Assembly (NCBI GenBank): GCA_030628905.1
Contig: DAOVQB010000003.1
Coordinates: 9 to 64,008, forward strand
Source of the DNA: Candidatus Eiseniibacteriota bacterium
GTDB lineage: Bacteria; Eisenbacteria; RBG-16-71-46; CAIMUX01; WJJG01
Direction: 5' to 3'
Length of the DNA: 64,000 nt
In this document: positions 8,832 to 18,854 of the stretch, in pieces
Layout: the number at the start of each line of letters is the position of its first letter
How positions within the stretch are numbered: the first letter of the stretch is position 1
Translations under genes and position numbers: made by a program
The notes under the pieces: model-generated
Told to the model about the DNA's origin: nothing
The model's input: the letters and a program-made list of their open reading frames with translations, nothing else
Databases searched by the model: none

Positions 8832-9833
8832 CTAAAGTGAGCCCCACCTTGGCGGAAGCCCACCTCTTGGGATGCCGCCTTGGCCGCCTCGACCGCCGGG
8901 GGGTACCTGGGGCTCATACTCGAGTCCCGTCTCAAGCATCCGCCTTATCTCCTTTTCTGACAATATGTTCCATCCGGCAGGAATAGCTGGACGCGGGATC
9001 GAATCGATCTGCGTTTGGCTCAGGCGCTGGAGCCGCAACGTCCCGGAGATCTCCAGGGCCTCGAGGACAAAGTGCACCTGAGTTGGCCGCCTGCGCTCCT
9101 TGGTTACCGCGGACCCATATGCCACGCGGAGCAGCGATTGCCCCCCGGACGTCCTCAATCCCCAACTGGTAATCCCAAGGCTCTCCTTCTCGACCCACAC
9201 CTCAGCTGCCGGGACAGTCGGGCCGAAGTCCTGCGGTCGACCAGAAAAGATCCAATGCTCTCCCCTACTTAGAAGCGTCGGGTGCTCGAGCAGCAGCAGC
9301 AGCGCCTGAGGCTGGAGGATAAGCCGGCCGAGGCGGGCAATTAGCAGCCCCTGCTCCAAGGGGCTCGCGGATTCGCGGCTATGGTGATCCGAGGGGCGAA
9401 CAGTTGACTCATCCAGGCCACAGGACGTGAGCACGGCCCTCTCCCGAGGGATGTGGATACTCCATCCTCCAAGTCCAGCCCAGAGACTCATCACAGGAGA
9501 GAGCATCCCAGGGCGCAGCATGGCCCAGACCTCTCCAGTGTCCCGGAGTGCAAAGTGGAGATTGAGGGCAGGAATATTGCGCCCCTCCATCTGGAGCCGC
9601 ACGCTGCCCCGTCCCTTGAAGTCGCCCGAGCGGATCTCACCGATTGCAGCTGCCAGAAGCGAGTCGGGGTTGACGAGCGCCTCCTCTGTCTGAGGGATCG
9701 AGGGTGGCGGGGGACGGCAGCTGCCCAGGACAGCGACTATCAGGGCTGCCCCGATCGCCAGAAGCAACTGGGAACGAGAACCCCAGGGGCTCTCTGCCAG
9801 GTGGGTACGGTAGAGAACGCGTTTGGGCATCAT
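8832..9833 (-). CDS. Lipoprotein, LolA/LolB-like fold (DUF4292-like), hypothetical
   Basis: Signal peptide with lipobox (VLGSC). Overlaps the upstream CoA-binding protein gene by 4 nt. Confidence 0.5.
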   Translation of the reverse strand: MMPKRVLYRTHLAESPWGSRSQLLLAIGAALIVAVLGSCRPPPPSIPQTEEALVNPDSLLAAAIGEIRSGDFKGRGSVRLQMEGRNIPALNLHFALRDTGEVWAMLRPGMLSPVMSLWAGLGGWSIHIPRERAVLTSCGLDESTVRPSDHHSRESASPLEQGLLIARLGRLILQPQALLLLLEHPTLLSRGEHWIFSGRPQDFGPTVPAAEVWVEKESLGITSWGLRTSGGQSLLRVAYGSAVTKERRRPTQVHFVLEALEISGTLRLQRLSQTQIDSIPRPAIPAGWNILSEKEIRRMLETGLEYEPQVPPGGRGGQGGIPRGGLPPRWGSL

Positions 9834-10267
9834 TCCCCTCGGCGAGATTGCTTGGCACCCTCGTAGGTATCATCAATCATGGCCGGATCTTCGCCAAGGT
9901 CCAGGATCGAACAGGCCTCGATCGGCTCCAACCCAAGTTCCCGCGCCTTGCGCACCAACTCCGGGCTCTCCGATCCAGGGTTCAGAAAAAATTCCCGCGG
10001 GCGCTTGGCTGCAATCTGGTCGAGCATCGTCAGGCCGATGCGTGGAGGCACATACATGGTGACTCTCTCGACCGGCCCCGGAACCGAGCGCAGGTCGGGG
10101 TAGGCCTGAAGGCCTTCGATCTCGGTTTCCTTTGGGTTCACCGGATAGACGGTGTAGCCCATCTTCTGGTGGGCCCGCACAGCCATATTGCCATACTTCG
10201 ATCGGTCCTTGCTCGCCCCGACGATGGCAACGGAAGGTCGCATACGCCTCATCTCCTTTCCTTGCAT
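9830..10267 (-). CDS. CoA-binding domain protein (YccU-like)
   Basis: VAIVGASKDRSKYGNMAVRAHQKMGYTVYPVNP... CoA-binding (succinyl-CoA synthetase-like) fold. True start probably the internal MRPS. Confidence 0.8.
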   Translation of the reverse strand: MQGKEMRRMRPSVAIVGASKDRSKYGNMAVRAHQKMGYTVYPVNPKETEIEGLQAYPDLRSVPGPVERVTMYVPPRIGLTMLDQIAAKRPREFFLNPGSESPELVRKARELGLEPIEACSILDLGEDPAMIDDTYEGAKQSRRGE

Positions 10268-10417
10268 ACGCTATTTACGCGCGCATGCTCTGCAACGCGA
10301 CACTAACAGGAGAGACAGCGTGGAGCAAAAGGTGCGTTGCCTCGCAGCTGGAAGGTGGGCTAGCCTCGACGCCAGCCCACGGAAGCCATGACAGTATCAT
10401 TAGTATGAGATGGCCTC

Positions 10418-10433
10418 GGACCTGATCAGGTCC
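10418..10433. promoter_or_regulatory. Perfect 16-bp palindrome GGACCTGATCAGGTCC 5 bp upstream of the exonuclease GTG start; candidate operator
   Basis: Direct reading; reverse complement identical. Confidence 0.35.
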
Positions 10434-10437
10434 TGCC

Positions 10438-11310
10438 GTGGAAGAGATCGCATGGAAGGGGAAGCCCTTGGTAGGATTGGAACTGCCCGTTAAAGAAACC
10501 GATTTCGCAGTTGTCGATGTGGAGACAACCGGGCTAGGAGCAGCGGATCGGATTATCGAGGTCGCTTGTGTCCGGCTGCACGGCTTTGAAGAAACCGCGC
10601 GATTCAGCAGCCTGGTCACCCCCGGTATTGCGATCGCGCCAGCGGCCAGCGCGGTTAGCGGCATCACCGACGAGATGGTTGCGCGGGCTTCGATCTTTCC
10701 GGAGATCTCTCCCCAGCTGGAGCAACTCCTCCAGGATGCCGTTCTCGTCGCACACAATGCTCCTTTTGACCTTAGGTTCCTGAGCCGGGAGCGCAAGAGG
10801 TGGCAGCTTCAGCCCTGGAAGGGGCTCGTGCTCGACACGCTGCGCCTGGCACGCAATACCGTCACTCTTCCCCACTATAATCTCGAGGCCCTGCGTGAAG
10901 CGCTGCATCTCACCCATGCACCCAGCCACCGGGCGCTTTCAGATGTACTGGCCACCGTTTCGCTGCTCAAGGTGCTTGTGGATCGAATGGACCCCAAGCC
11001 GGAGAACTTGGGTAATCTGCTCAAGGCGCAGGAACCCATACCCATTACTTGGTCCGACGCAATGCGCGCGGGTGTACCGGAGGAGATTGTCCTCCCGCTC
11101 CAGAGGGCCGCAATGTACACAGAGATCGCTGAACTGGATTATGAAAGTCATTCGGGAGTCCATACCCACTGGGTTCACCCTCTTCAGATCGAGCACAACG
11201 GTCCGCTCCAATATCTGAGTGCTAGGATTATCGATGGGGGCGAGATCCGCAGCTTCCGCATCGACCGGATAGTGCGAGTGTGCACCCAAGGCGATTCCGG
11301 AAACGAGTAG
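10438..11310 (+). CDS. DEDDh 3'-5' exonuclease, DNA polymerase III epsilon-like, with C-terminal extra domain
   Basis: Exo motifs DVETTGL, HNAPFDLRFL, HRALSD. GTG start. Confidence 0.85.
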   Translation: MEEIAWKGKPLVGLELPVKETDFAVVDVETTGLGAADRIIEVACVRLHGFEETARFSSLVTPGIAIAPAASAVSGITDEMVARASIFPEISPQLEQLLQDAVLVAHNAPFDLRFLSRERKRWQLQPWKGLVLDTLRLARNTVTLPHYNLEALREALHLTHAPSHRALSDVLATVSLLKVLVDRMDPKPENLGNLLKAQEPIPITWSDAMRAGVPEEIVLPLQRAAMYTEIAELDYESHSGVHTHWVHPLQIEHNGPLQYLSARIIDGGEIRSFRIDRIVRVCTQGDSGNE

Positions 11311-11352
11311 GCTTCAACTGAATCCTGAATCCGCACAGTAGGAGAGAGGCCA

Positions 11353-12552
11353 GTGAATGCATCCAGCAGCAACAGATCCTGCCTGCTAGGAACAGGCACG
11401 CGTTGCTCCCACTGGATCGAGATCAGCCCAAAAGCCTATCGACACAACCTGCGCGGTTTACGCCACCTCCTCAAGCCAGATGTTAAACTGATGGCGGTGG
11501 TCAAGGCCAACGCCTACGGGCACGGCGCGCGCCTGATCACCCCCCTGGCGGTGGCCGCAGGGGCCGACTACCTTGGAGTGGATTCCTTGGCCGAGTTCGA
11601 GGAAATCCGAGATCTGTGTGAGGGCGTGCCGGTCTGTATATTGGGTCCCATCCTACCGTCGGAAGCTCAAGCTGTGGTGGCCTCCGGGGTCGAACCCGCC
11701 GTCTCGAGCATGGAGGTTGCACTCGCTCTGGCAAGGGCGGCGCGCACCACAAATCAGCACGTGAGGATCCATATTAAGGTCGAAACCGGAACTCACCGCC
11801 AAGGCATCCTGCCCGAGGAGATTCCGGATTGGTGTGCATTCTTTGCCAAGTATCCACTCATGCGTTTCCGTGGGCTGCATACGCACTTCGCCAATATCGA
11901 GGACACGACGGATCACACGGTCGCTCGCCGCCAGCTGGCTCGTATGAAGGAGGCCCGCCAAGTTTTCGCGGACTTGGGGCAGACGCCTGATATCACCCAT
12001 TCCGCGTGTTCGGCCGCAACCATCGTCATGGAGGAAACCCATGGAGATATGGTTCGCCTGGGAATCGCCAGCTTTGGGCTCTGGCCTTCCAGAGAAACCT
12101 ACCTCTCCACACTGCTCTCCCATCGCATGGGCCCCGAACTGCTCCCCGTACTGTCCTGGAAGGCACGCATTGCCCAGATCAAGGGCGTCGAGCCCGGGGA
12201 ATTCGTCGGCTATGGCTGCACATTCCGCACAACCCACGCCATGCGCATAGCTGTGCTGCCTGTGGGCTACTACGATGCCTACGACCGCCGCCTTTCAGGC
12301 CACGGCTATGTGCTCGCAAGCGGTAAGCGGGCCCCGATCGTGGGGCGTGTTTGTATGAACATGACGATGATCGACATCAGCGACATCCCGGATCCACAGC
12401 TAGGCCAGGAGGTCACCCTCATCGGACGCCACGGTGCCGAAGTTATCACCGCCGACACACTGGCCGCGCTCTGCGGGACTATCAACTACGAGATTGTCAG
12501 CCGACTCGGCCGCCACATCCCCCGCATGCTCGCCAAAGAAGCCACCGAGTAG
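11353..12552 (+). CDS. alr: Alanine racemase
   Basis: PLP-binding motif AVVKANAYGHG; full-length match to the Alr architecture. Confidence 0.9.
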   Translation: MNASSSNRSCLLGTGTRCSHWIEISPKAYRHNLRGLRHLLKPDVKLMAVVKANAYGHGARLITPLAVAAGADYLGVDSLAEFEEIRDLCEGVPVCILGPILPSEAQAVVASGVEPAVSSMEVALALARAARTTNQHVRIHIKVETGTHRQGILPEEIPDWCAFFAKYPLMRFRGLHTHFANIEDTTDHTVARRQLARMKEARQVFADLGQTPDITHSACSAATIVMEETHGDMVRLGIASFGLWPSRETYLSTLLSHRMGPELLPVLSWKARIAQIKGVEPGEFVGYGCTFRTTHAMRIAVLPVGYYDAYDRRLSGHGYVLASGKRAPIVGRVCMNMTMIDISDIPDPQLGQEVTLIGRHGAEVITADTLAALCGTINYEIVSRLGRHIPRMLAKEATE

Positions 12553-12657
12553 CCGAGGCCGGGTCCGCATATGGGCCCATAGCGAATCCGTCGCGTCTGC
12601 CCCGTCCAGGGGCAGGCGCAAGTTGAGCGCAGGGCCTTTATGCGGACCCGGCCTCGG
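12553..12657 (+). repeat. 105-nt structured repeat element copy 2
   Basis: Begins 1 nt after the alr stop. Has compensatory changes relative to copy 1 (G>T in the left arm matched by C>A in the right arm). Confidence 0.75.
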
Positions 12658-12691
12658 CGAAGCCTACGTAGAGCAGCGCGGCCCGCTCTGT

Positions 12692-13156
12692 CTAGCCGAC
12701 TGGCCAACCCGGGGGAACTTCAGTCATCATCGTGAGGAGCACGACGCGATCCTCGCCCGATGCAGCCATCAACATCCCCTGCGACTCGACTCCGCGTAAG
12801 CGCACCGGCTTCAGGTTGGCCACAATGGCGATGGTCTTGCCAACCAGCTCCCCGGGATCGTAGTGGGGAGCGATGCCGGCCACGATCTGCCGCTGACCCA
12901 GCTCGCCAACATCGATCCTCAGGACAAGCAGTTTGTCTGCATTGGGATGCTTCTCCGCAGAAAGGACCTTCGCGGTGCGTATATCCAATGCGGTGAAAAC
13001 ATCGAAGGAGACCTCCGGCTTTCCGGATGTCTCTTGGGGCTTCCTACTAGCGTTGGCTCCCGGCTGCGTCCCGGACACCGAGCTGGCCTGGGCTTCAGCT
13101 TCAGCTTCAGCTCCCGCTCCAGACCTGGCCTTGGGGTTTTCCTCATCCGGCATCAT
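12692..13156 (-). CDS. tRNA-binding domain protein (CsaA/Myf/EMAP-like) with N-terminal Ala/Glu-rich low-complexity extension
   Basis: ...HPNADKLLVLRIDVGE...GVESQGMLMAA is the classic OB-fold tRNA-binding domain. Confidence 0.7.
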   Translation of the reverse strand: MMPDEENPKARSGAGAEAEAEAQASSVSGTQPGANASRKPQETSGKPEVSFDVFTALDIRTAKVLSAEKHPNADKLLVLRIDVGELGQRQIVAGIAPHYDPGELVGKTIAIVANLKPVRLRGVESQGMLMAASGEDRVVLLTMMTEVPPGWPVG

Positions 13157-13937
13157 TTCGCCTTTCCTTGGGTGATTTCCTCAACTGCGCCTCACGCAGA
13201 AGCGCATACTTCAACCAGACCGCATAACTGGCCATGCCTGCCACCACCAGGCCGCGCCATCCCTCTAGGAAACCGACCCGCAGCACGTAACTCTTTATGG
13301 CCTTCGCGGCAGGATGAATGGCCATCTCCAACATGGCAACACGCCGCCGGTCTTTTTCCTGCTCGGCCCAGAGGCTGGCCATCTCGTGGGTCTTGCGGAT
13401 GTGGTGATCCAGATTCCGGTAAGAGTAATGCAGCAGATCCCCTCGCAGGAACCCCACCGGCCCGTCAACGTGAAGCCCTTCATGGATCAGGCTCCCGTCC
13501 AAGGCGGCGCGCGCTTTGTTGAAGAGACGCACCTTTCGATCGGGATACCAGCCCCCAAACCGCAGGAACCGGCCCAGGTACCAGGTACGCCGGTTCATGG
13601 CATAGGCACTCGGCCTCTCCCCCAGCGCCGGACGCATCAGCGTCTCTTCGATCGAGCGGCGCAGCTCCGGGGAAACCTCCTCGTCCGCATCCACCCATAG
13701 GACCCACTGGTGCCGCGTCAGACCAACTGCAAAGGCCTTCTGTTTGCTGTAGCCTTCCCAATCATGGTGGACGACTTCAGCGCCGGCCTGGGCCGCCAGT
13801 TCTGGAGTGCCATCCCTACTACCTGCATCGACCACCACAACCTGATCCACCCAAGAGAGACTCGCCAGGGCGCGGGGAATCCGGTCGGCTTCATTCAATG
13901 CTATGATAATTGCCGAGATTGGATACCCGTTCTTCAT
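13143..13937 (-). CDS. Family 2 glycosyltransferase
   Basis: ISAIIIALNEADRI...VVVDAGSRDGT...DADE motif (DxD). Confidence 0.85.
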   Translation of the reverse strand: MKNGYPISAIIIALNEADRIPRALASLSWVDQVVVVDAGSRDGTPELAAQAGAEVVHHDWEGYSKQKAFAVGLTRHQWVLWVDADEEVSPELRRSIEETLMRPALGERPSAYAMNRRTWYLGRFLRFGGWYPDRKVRLFNKARAALDGSLIHEGLHVDGPVGFLRGDLLHYSYRNLDHHIRKTHEMASLWAEQEKDRRRVAMLEMAIHPAAKAIKSYVLRVGFLEGWRGLVVAGMASYAVWLKYALLREAQLRKSPKERRNDAG

Positions 13938-13961
13938 CGTGCCACCCTTATGGAGTTGGCA

Positions 13962-15110
13962 TCAGAACCGCCGCCGAGCCCGGGCTTCAACGGCCACACG
14001 CTCGGCCCGCTCACCAAAGAGCCCCATTGAGTAGTTTGAACGAACCCGCTCGCGGCCCATCCACCCCCACTCCCGCGCCGTCTCAGGATCATGGAGGAGC
14101 AAACTCAGAGCAGCCGCCAGCGATTCCGGCTCACCCTGTGGCACCAAGCACTCCTCCTGGTCGATGAGTTCGGGCAGGACACCCACGCGACTCGCCACCA
14201 CAGGCACGCCCACTGCCATATATTCCAGGGCGCTGCGCGACACCGCCTCCGATCCCAAGCTCGGGATGACCCCTATGTCCAGGGCGGCCGCATGCACCAG
14301 AGGATCCTCCACGAATCCGGTCAGCACCAGATGATCTTCCATCCCCAACGACCCCGCCAAGTGCCGCAAGGTCTTGGCAGGGATCTCCTTCTGGGCCCCC
14401 ACGACAAGGAGTCTGAAATCATACCCCTGTTGCACAAGAATCCGGCAGGCGCGGATCAGGATCTCATGACCCTTGACCGGAGACAGACGCCCTATGATGC
14501 CGATCAACGGGGTGTCGGGGGGCAATCCGTAACGCTTGCGGATGGCACTGCGGGCGCGTGAGGGCTTCAGCGCCGGCTCCTCTTCAATCGCATGCAGGTC
14601 GATACCTGGCGGCAGGTGCAGCAGCCGCTCCGGCGCAAGGTCCCACCCCTTAAGGTGCTGGCTCAGCATATATGCCCCGCTGGCGACAATACGATCGGCC
14701 CCATTCCGGTAGAGCCAGCGATGGCCAGGATCAGCCCTGGGGTGGCGCGCATCGGCGCGCACCCGCACCAACCCCGTGGGCAACCCGCGCCGGGCCAGAT
14801 GCATCTCCAGGTGACCTGAGCCGGTGTGCACGAAAACCACGTCCACTCCCCGGGCAACCAGGAATGCGCGCATGCGCGCAATGGTCTGAACCCAGTTCCA
14901 TGGCCTCAGCTGGGTCAGGTGAAGGCCATCGGCCGTGGCCATCCCCTCTCGCACGACGGCCTGCAGAATCGGGCTGTCTTGTGCCCCGGCAATCCAACAG
15001 GTGTGGCCGCGCCTCTCGAGCGCCTTCGCCATGGCGATCGCATACCAGGCCACAGCATTCCAGAACCTGAGCAAAACCAGATGCAGAATGCGCAGCTGCT
15101 CGGATTTCAT
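13962..15110 (-). CDS. Family 4 (GT-B, group 1) glycosyltransferase
   Basis: C-terminal GT1 signature (E...MAVGVPVVASRVGVLPELI). Confidence 0.85.
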   Translation of the reverse strand: MKSEQLRILHLVLLRFWNAVAWYAIAMAKALERRGHTCWIAGAQDSPILQAVVREGMATADGLHLTQLRPWNWVQTIARMRAFLVARGVDVVFVHTGSGHLEMHLARRGLPTGLVRVRADARHPRADPGHRWLYRNGADRIVASGAYMLSQHLKGWDLAPERLLHLPPGIDLHAIEEEPALKPSRARSAIRKRYGLPPDTPLIGIIGRLSPVKGHEILIRACRILVQQGYDFRLLVVGAQKEIPAKTLRHLAGSLGMEDHLVLTGFVEDPLVHAAALDIGVIPSLGSEAVSRSALEYMAVGVPVVASRVGVLPELIDQEECLVPQGEPESLAAALSLLLHDPETAREWGWMGRERVRSNYSMGLFGERAERVAVEARARRRF

Positions 15111-15973
15111 GACGCCCCCGATTCGCCGGACCCTGCTTCACACTCCGCTCTGTCGATGGCCTGCAGGAGATCTGGCAACCGCTTGTTCATGGCACGCTCT
15201 CCCGCCGCGATCAGCCTGTCTGCATTGTCGAGGTCGAAGAAGTGAAACGGTGCCATGTCTGGTTCGAGGAATACGGATGCCTTGGAAGAGGCTTGGCGCA
15301 CAAGTTCGAGCTGTATCACCTGGGAGATCTGACCGAGCAACTGTAGGGCGTGCTTCGGCGGTTTGGGATGGCGGGCCTTGCGGTTGACGCTTACCGCAAG
15401 GACCGGGCAGGTGTCCGGACCACACAGATCGAGAAGGGTGTCGATCGGCAGCGGTTCGACCACCCCCCCGTCGACAAGAATGTGTCCTTCCCATTCCACT
15501 GGTCGGTAGAACTCCGGAATCGCGCAACTGGCCTCAACCGCGATAACCACCGGTCCGGAGCGAAACACCTTCTTCGATTGCATCGTTATGTCCGTGGCCA
15601 CTACCGCGCAGGGGATACGCAGATCCTCGAAGCGCAGATCCCCGATGCGTCTGCGCACGAACTCGCCGAGCTTCTCGGTCGAGAGGATACCCAGCAGATG
15701 GGGCTTGAAGTCGATGATGCGCTGCCATCCAATCTCGCGGGCCTCGCGCTCGAGATCGAGGATCGGGTAGCCAGCAGCCGTAAGGACGGCGATCAGCGCT
15801 CCCCCGCTGGTTCCGGCGATGGCTCGCAGGCCGATCCCTTCTCGCTCGAGGACCTTCAACACGCCCACGTGAGCGATCGTGCGCGCCGCACCGCCGCTGA
15901 GGGCCAGTGCAACCCTCCCCCGCGCCCCATCTCCCTGCGCCATGGCCCCTCCGAAACCATCGACTCGCTTCAT
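15107..15973 (-). CDS. Patatin-like phospholipase
   Basis: GGAARTIAHVGVLK (oxyanion GGxR) and GTSGG nucleophile elbow. Confidence 0.85.
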   Translation of the reverse strand: MKRVDGFGGAMAQGDGARGRVALALSGGAARTIAHVGVLKVLEREGIGLRAIAGTSGGALIAVLTAAGYPILDLEREAREIGWQRIIDFKPHLLGILSTEKLGEFVRRRIGDLRFEDLRIPCAVVATDITMQSKKVFRSGPVVIAVEASCAIPEFYRPVEWEGHILVDGGVVEPLPIDTLLDLCGPDTCPVLAVSVNRKARHPKPPKHALQLLGQISQVIQLELVRQASSKASVFLEPDMAPFHFFDLDNADRLIAAGERAMNKRLPDLLQAIDRAECEAGSGESGAS

Positions 15974-16259
15974 TCCCCGGAGCTGACAACTAACACGCCA
16001 CGGGGGAAAGCCACAAGCGTATGCTCAGACGCGCCGCGCGCAGAAGCCCGCGCAGACTCGGAACCGGGCGAGGTCTCGAGGGGTGGGCACCAGGGGACAG
16101 GATGGGGAGATCAAGCCGCCAATTTCCTTTTGACAACCCCCCAACCGCTGCCCAAGATGGCGGGCACCTTCGCACTTGTGAAGGTTGCACCCAGGCGTGC
16201 CCGCCAAGACCGGGAAATAGTGGCATCCGGGCAAAAACCACCGGGTCAAGGGAGCTAGA

Positions 16260-18710
16260 ATGAGAACTACCGCATGCATTACGCTTGCATCCGCACTTGT
16301 CCTGGCCCTGGCAACCAAGGGCTCCTCAACGACAGATGTGCTCGCAGGCACTGAACCCGTCGCCAAGGGCTACCGGGTCATCAAACCGTCGAACGCAATC
16401 GTCATTAATGGCCAACAGGTTGAGTTCTACTCCTTCTGGGGCAAGGACAGCACGGATCTTGAGGTCTGGGCAGACGTGAGCCTCCTGGATGCCACTGTCG
16501 CCGAACCCCTAGCCGGTAGTTACCTTGGGGACAGTTCGGTCGTCGAGGGCGACTCGCTTCACCTCTGGCCTTGCTACCGGTTCGCGTGGACGATCTCTGA
16601 GTCCAACGATCGGGAAGACAACGCGGTGATTTCCGTTCCGATCACCGCGTTCAACCCCGCAACGGGAGAGAGCACAACGGATGAGGCCCTCACCTTTTGT
16701 CTCCTAAACCATCCGCCGTCACACAGGCAAACCAACGTGATCGGGGATTCCCTGCGCTTCAGCAACCGCGACGGCAAGCTGCTGTATCGAGTGCGTGACG
16801 GGGATTCCCTACATATCGAGACCGCCTGGGATTTCACGACCGCGCCCCTGATGCTCGCGGCCGATTTCTCTTTCATCGACAAGAACTTCGATCCCAGCAA
16901 CGTTTTCTACTGGGGACCGAACGATGCAGCCTCAGACTCCGTCGTCTTCTCCATTTGGTATGAGCTCTCCGAGGACGCTTATGGCGACAGCAAATACCCG
17001 CTGCCGATCAAGATTTTCGGATACGATGGCGCCTGCGGCTGGGATTCGGTGACCATCGAGATTGAGGTTGATAACACGGGCCCCGCGGGCGCGCCCGTCT
17101 TTCATGACCTGCGAGACACGACCGTGACCGAAGCGGAACTCTACATCTCCGGCCGCGCCCCGGACGAGTCCCACGACATCCTGGTTACCTTGAATGGTGA
17201 CACTGATTTCGTGTTCGATGCTTTTCCCCTGGGCGATTCGCTTGTCTTCGAAGGGACGATAACGCTCCAGGAGGGAACCAATCGGATCGTCGCCTGCGGT
17301 AGGGACGTGGTGGGCAACCGCAGCGACTTATCGGAGGAAATCCAACTTGACCTGCAGAACGTGCCGGTATTCAAGCGCACCATTGTCATCACCCCCGACT
17401 CACTCTCGTCAGACGAGGGCGGCTTGGTCAGTGTAGCTAATGGCCAGCGGATACAGTTCTTTTCCTATTGGGACAGCCGGGTCCAATACAATGTCTACGC
17501 GGATTTCAGCCTTCTGGATACAGAGGGCCCCTCACAGCGGCTGGGAACGCCTTGTGAGGATCTGGTAGTACAGGAAGGGGGAACATCGGAGACCTGGTAC
17601 GGCTATCAGTTTGAGTACACGATCTCAGAATTAAACCAAACCGCCGATGACGATGAGATTCCCGTGCTGCTAACCGCCCAGGACCCCACAACTGGATATG
17701 AAACAACGAGCACAGCGCTCGCTTTTTGTCTTTCCAACCACCCGCCCCGGCATCTGTGGACGCAGATGGAGGGTGATAGCGCGCGCTATATCAATCGCAA
17801 CGGCAATTGGCTCTTCCGCGTGCGCAACAGCGGCACGTTCACTGTCTACACAAGCTGGTTCTGCGACACGTCACTCTACATCGATATGGACCTCTCTAAC
17901 GTCGACTACACCTTCATGCCGGGATCCAGCCATCTGAACAAGTGGAAGATCGACTCACTGAGCACCGACTCGACCCGAACCTATGGCATGACCTACCGGT
18001 TCGGCTTGGACGCGTGCTGCGTAGAGGGGAAAGATCCTTATCCCCTGCCGGTCTATATCTTCGTGAAGAAGGATCACAGCTGCGGCTGGGACACGACCGT
18101 TGTACTGCTCGAAATGGACAACGAGGGTCCCGCCGGAGCCCCCACATTCGACCAAGAACCGGTGGATCAGACAATCTCTGGGGAGGTCGTGGTCTCCGGC
18201 CTGGCCCCCGAGGGCTCGATCAAGCTGCTCTTGGACATCGAACATGTCGATGTCGACAGTGTTACCATCGCGACGCTGCCGGTGGATACAACGCTCGTAT
18301 TCTCTGGAACGATACCGGTCCTTCCGGGGAAAAACCTGTTCGTGGCATATGGTGTGGATGTGGTAGGAAACCAGTCCGCCGCATCTGTCGAATATGAGGT
18401 CCAGTGCATCTCGCAACAGATCATTACGATTCCCAAGCCATTCCGCCCCGGCGACGAATTCGTCTTCGAGAATCCGGCAGGCTGGTCGAGTTTGCGCCTT
18501 GAGCTATACAACTTGGAAGGCGATCGCATCCGATCCTGGTCATGCGGCTCAGGAGAGCAGGCGGCTTTCTGGAGTAAACGCATTACATGGGACGGCCGGA
18601 ACAGCAGGGGGGAGACCGTGCACCAAGGACCCTACTTGGTCCGGTTGCACAGCACTGATACTTCAAGGCGCTCGCGCGAGGAGGTCAGGGCTTTTGTGTT
18701 CAAGAAGTAG
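16260..18710 (+). CDS. Large secreted protein with internal ~344-aa tandem duplication and C-terminal FlgD-Ig/T9SS-type sorting-domain-like tail
   Basis: SD AAGGGAG, signal peptide. Two homologous modules (...NGQQVEFYSFWG...CGWDSVTIEIEVDNTGPAGAP... and ...NGQRIQFFSYWD...CGWDTTVVLLEMDNEGPAGAP...). C-terminal ~80 aa ending ...GPYLVRLHS...VRAFVFKK. Confidence 0.7.
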   Translation: MRTTACITLASALVLALATKGSSTTDVLAGTEPVAKGYRVIKPSNAIVINGQQVEFYSFWGKDSTDLEVWADVSLLDATVAEPLAGSYLGDSSVVEGDSLHLWPCYRFAWTISESNDREDNAVISVPITAFNPATGESTTDEALTFCLLNHPPSHRQTNVIGDSLRFSNRDGKLLYRVRDGDSLHIETAWDFTTAPLMLAADFSFIDKNFDPSNVFYWGPNDAASDSVVFSIWYELSEDAYGDSKYPLPIKIFGYDGACGWDSVTIEIEVDNTGPAGAPVFHDLRDTTVTEAELYISGRAPDESHDILVTLNGDTDFVFDAFPLGDSLVFEGTITLQEGTNRIVACGRDVVGNRSDLSEEIQLDLQNVPVFKRTIVITPDSLSSDEGGLVSVANGQRIQFFSYWDSRVQYNVYADFSLLDTEGPSQRLGTPCEDLVVQEGGTSETWYGYQFEYTISELNQTADDDEIPVLLTAQDPTTGYETTSTALAFCLSNHPPRHLWTQMEGDSARYINRNGNWLFRVRNSGTFTVYTSWFCDTSLYIDMDLSNVDYTFMPGSSHLNKWKIDSLSTDSTRTYGMTYRFGLDACCVEGKDPYPLPVYIFVKKDHSCGWDTTVVLLEMDNEGPAGAPTFDQEPVDQTISGEVVVSGLAPEGSIKLLLDIEHVDVDSVTIATLPVDTTLVFSGTIPVLPGKNLFVAYGVDVVGNQSAASVEYEVQCISQQIITIPKPFRPGDEFVFENPAGWSSLRLELYNLEGDRIRSWSCGSGEQAAFWSKRITWDGRNSRGETVHQGPYLVRLHSTDTSRRSREEVRAFVFKK

Positions 18711-18854
18711 TGCACCACGGGCCTCGCAGGTAGGGGCTGCGGGCAAGATGTCAGAGGGAAACACCCTGGCAACCGGAAACAGTAGTCTCACACGCGAGCC
18801 GGAGGTTTGATAATGCAAGTCCGAGACGCCACGCTGCCGTCAGCGACCAATGCA

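Noticed and set aside
8000-8986. 328-aa plus-strand ORF
   Set aside because: It is antisense to etfB and the lipoprotein gene, a typical high-GC shadow ORF without domain signatures. The same applies to other long antisense ORFs (e.g. 3170-4204, 9704-10306, 15350-16258, 24675-25202, 37963-38628, 63106-63618).
11385-11405. Sigma-54-like GGCAC...TTGC motif
   Set aside because: Spacing between GG and GC is 8, not 10, and the motif lies inside the alr coding region.
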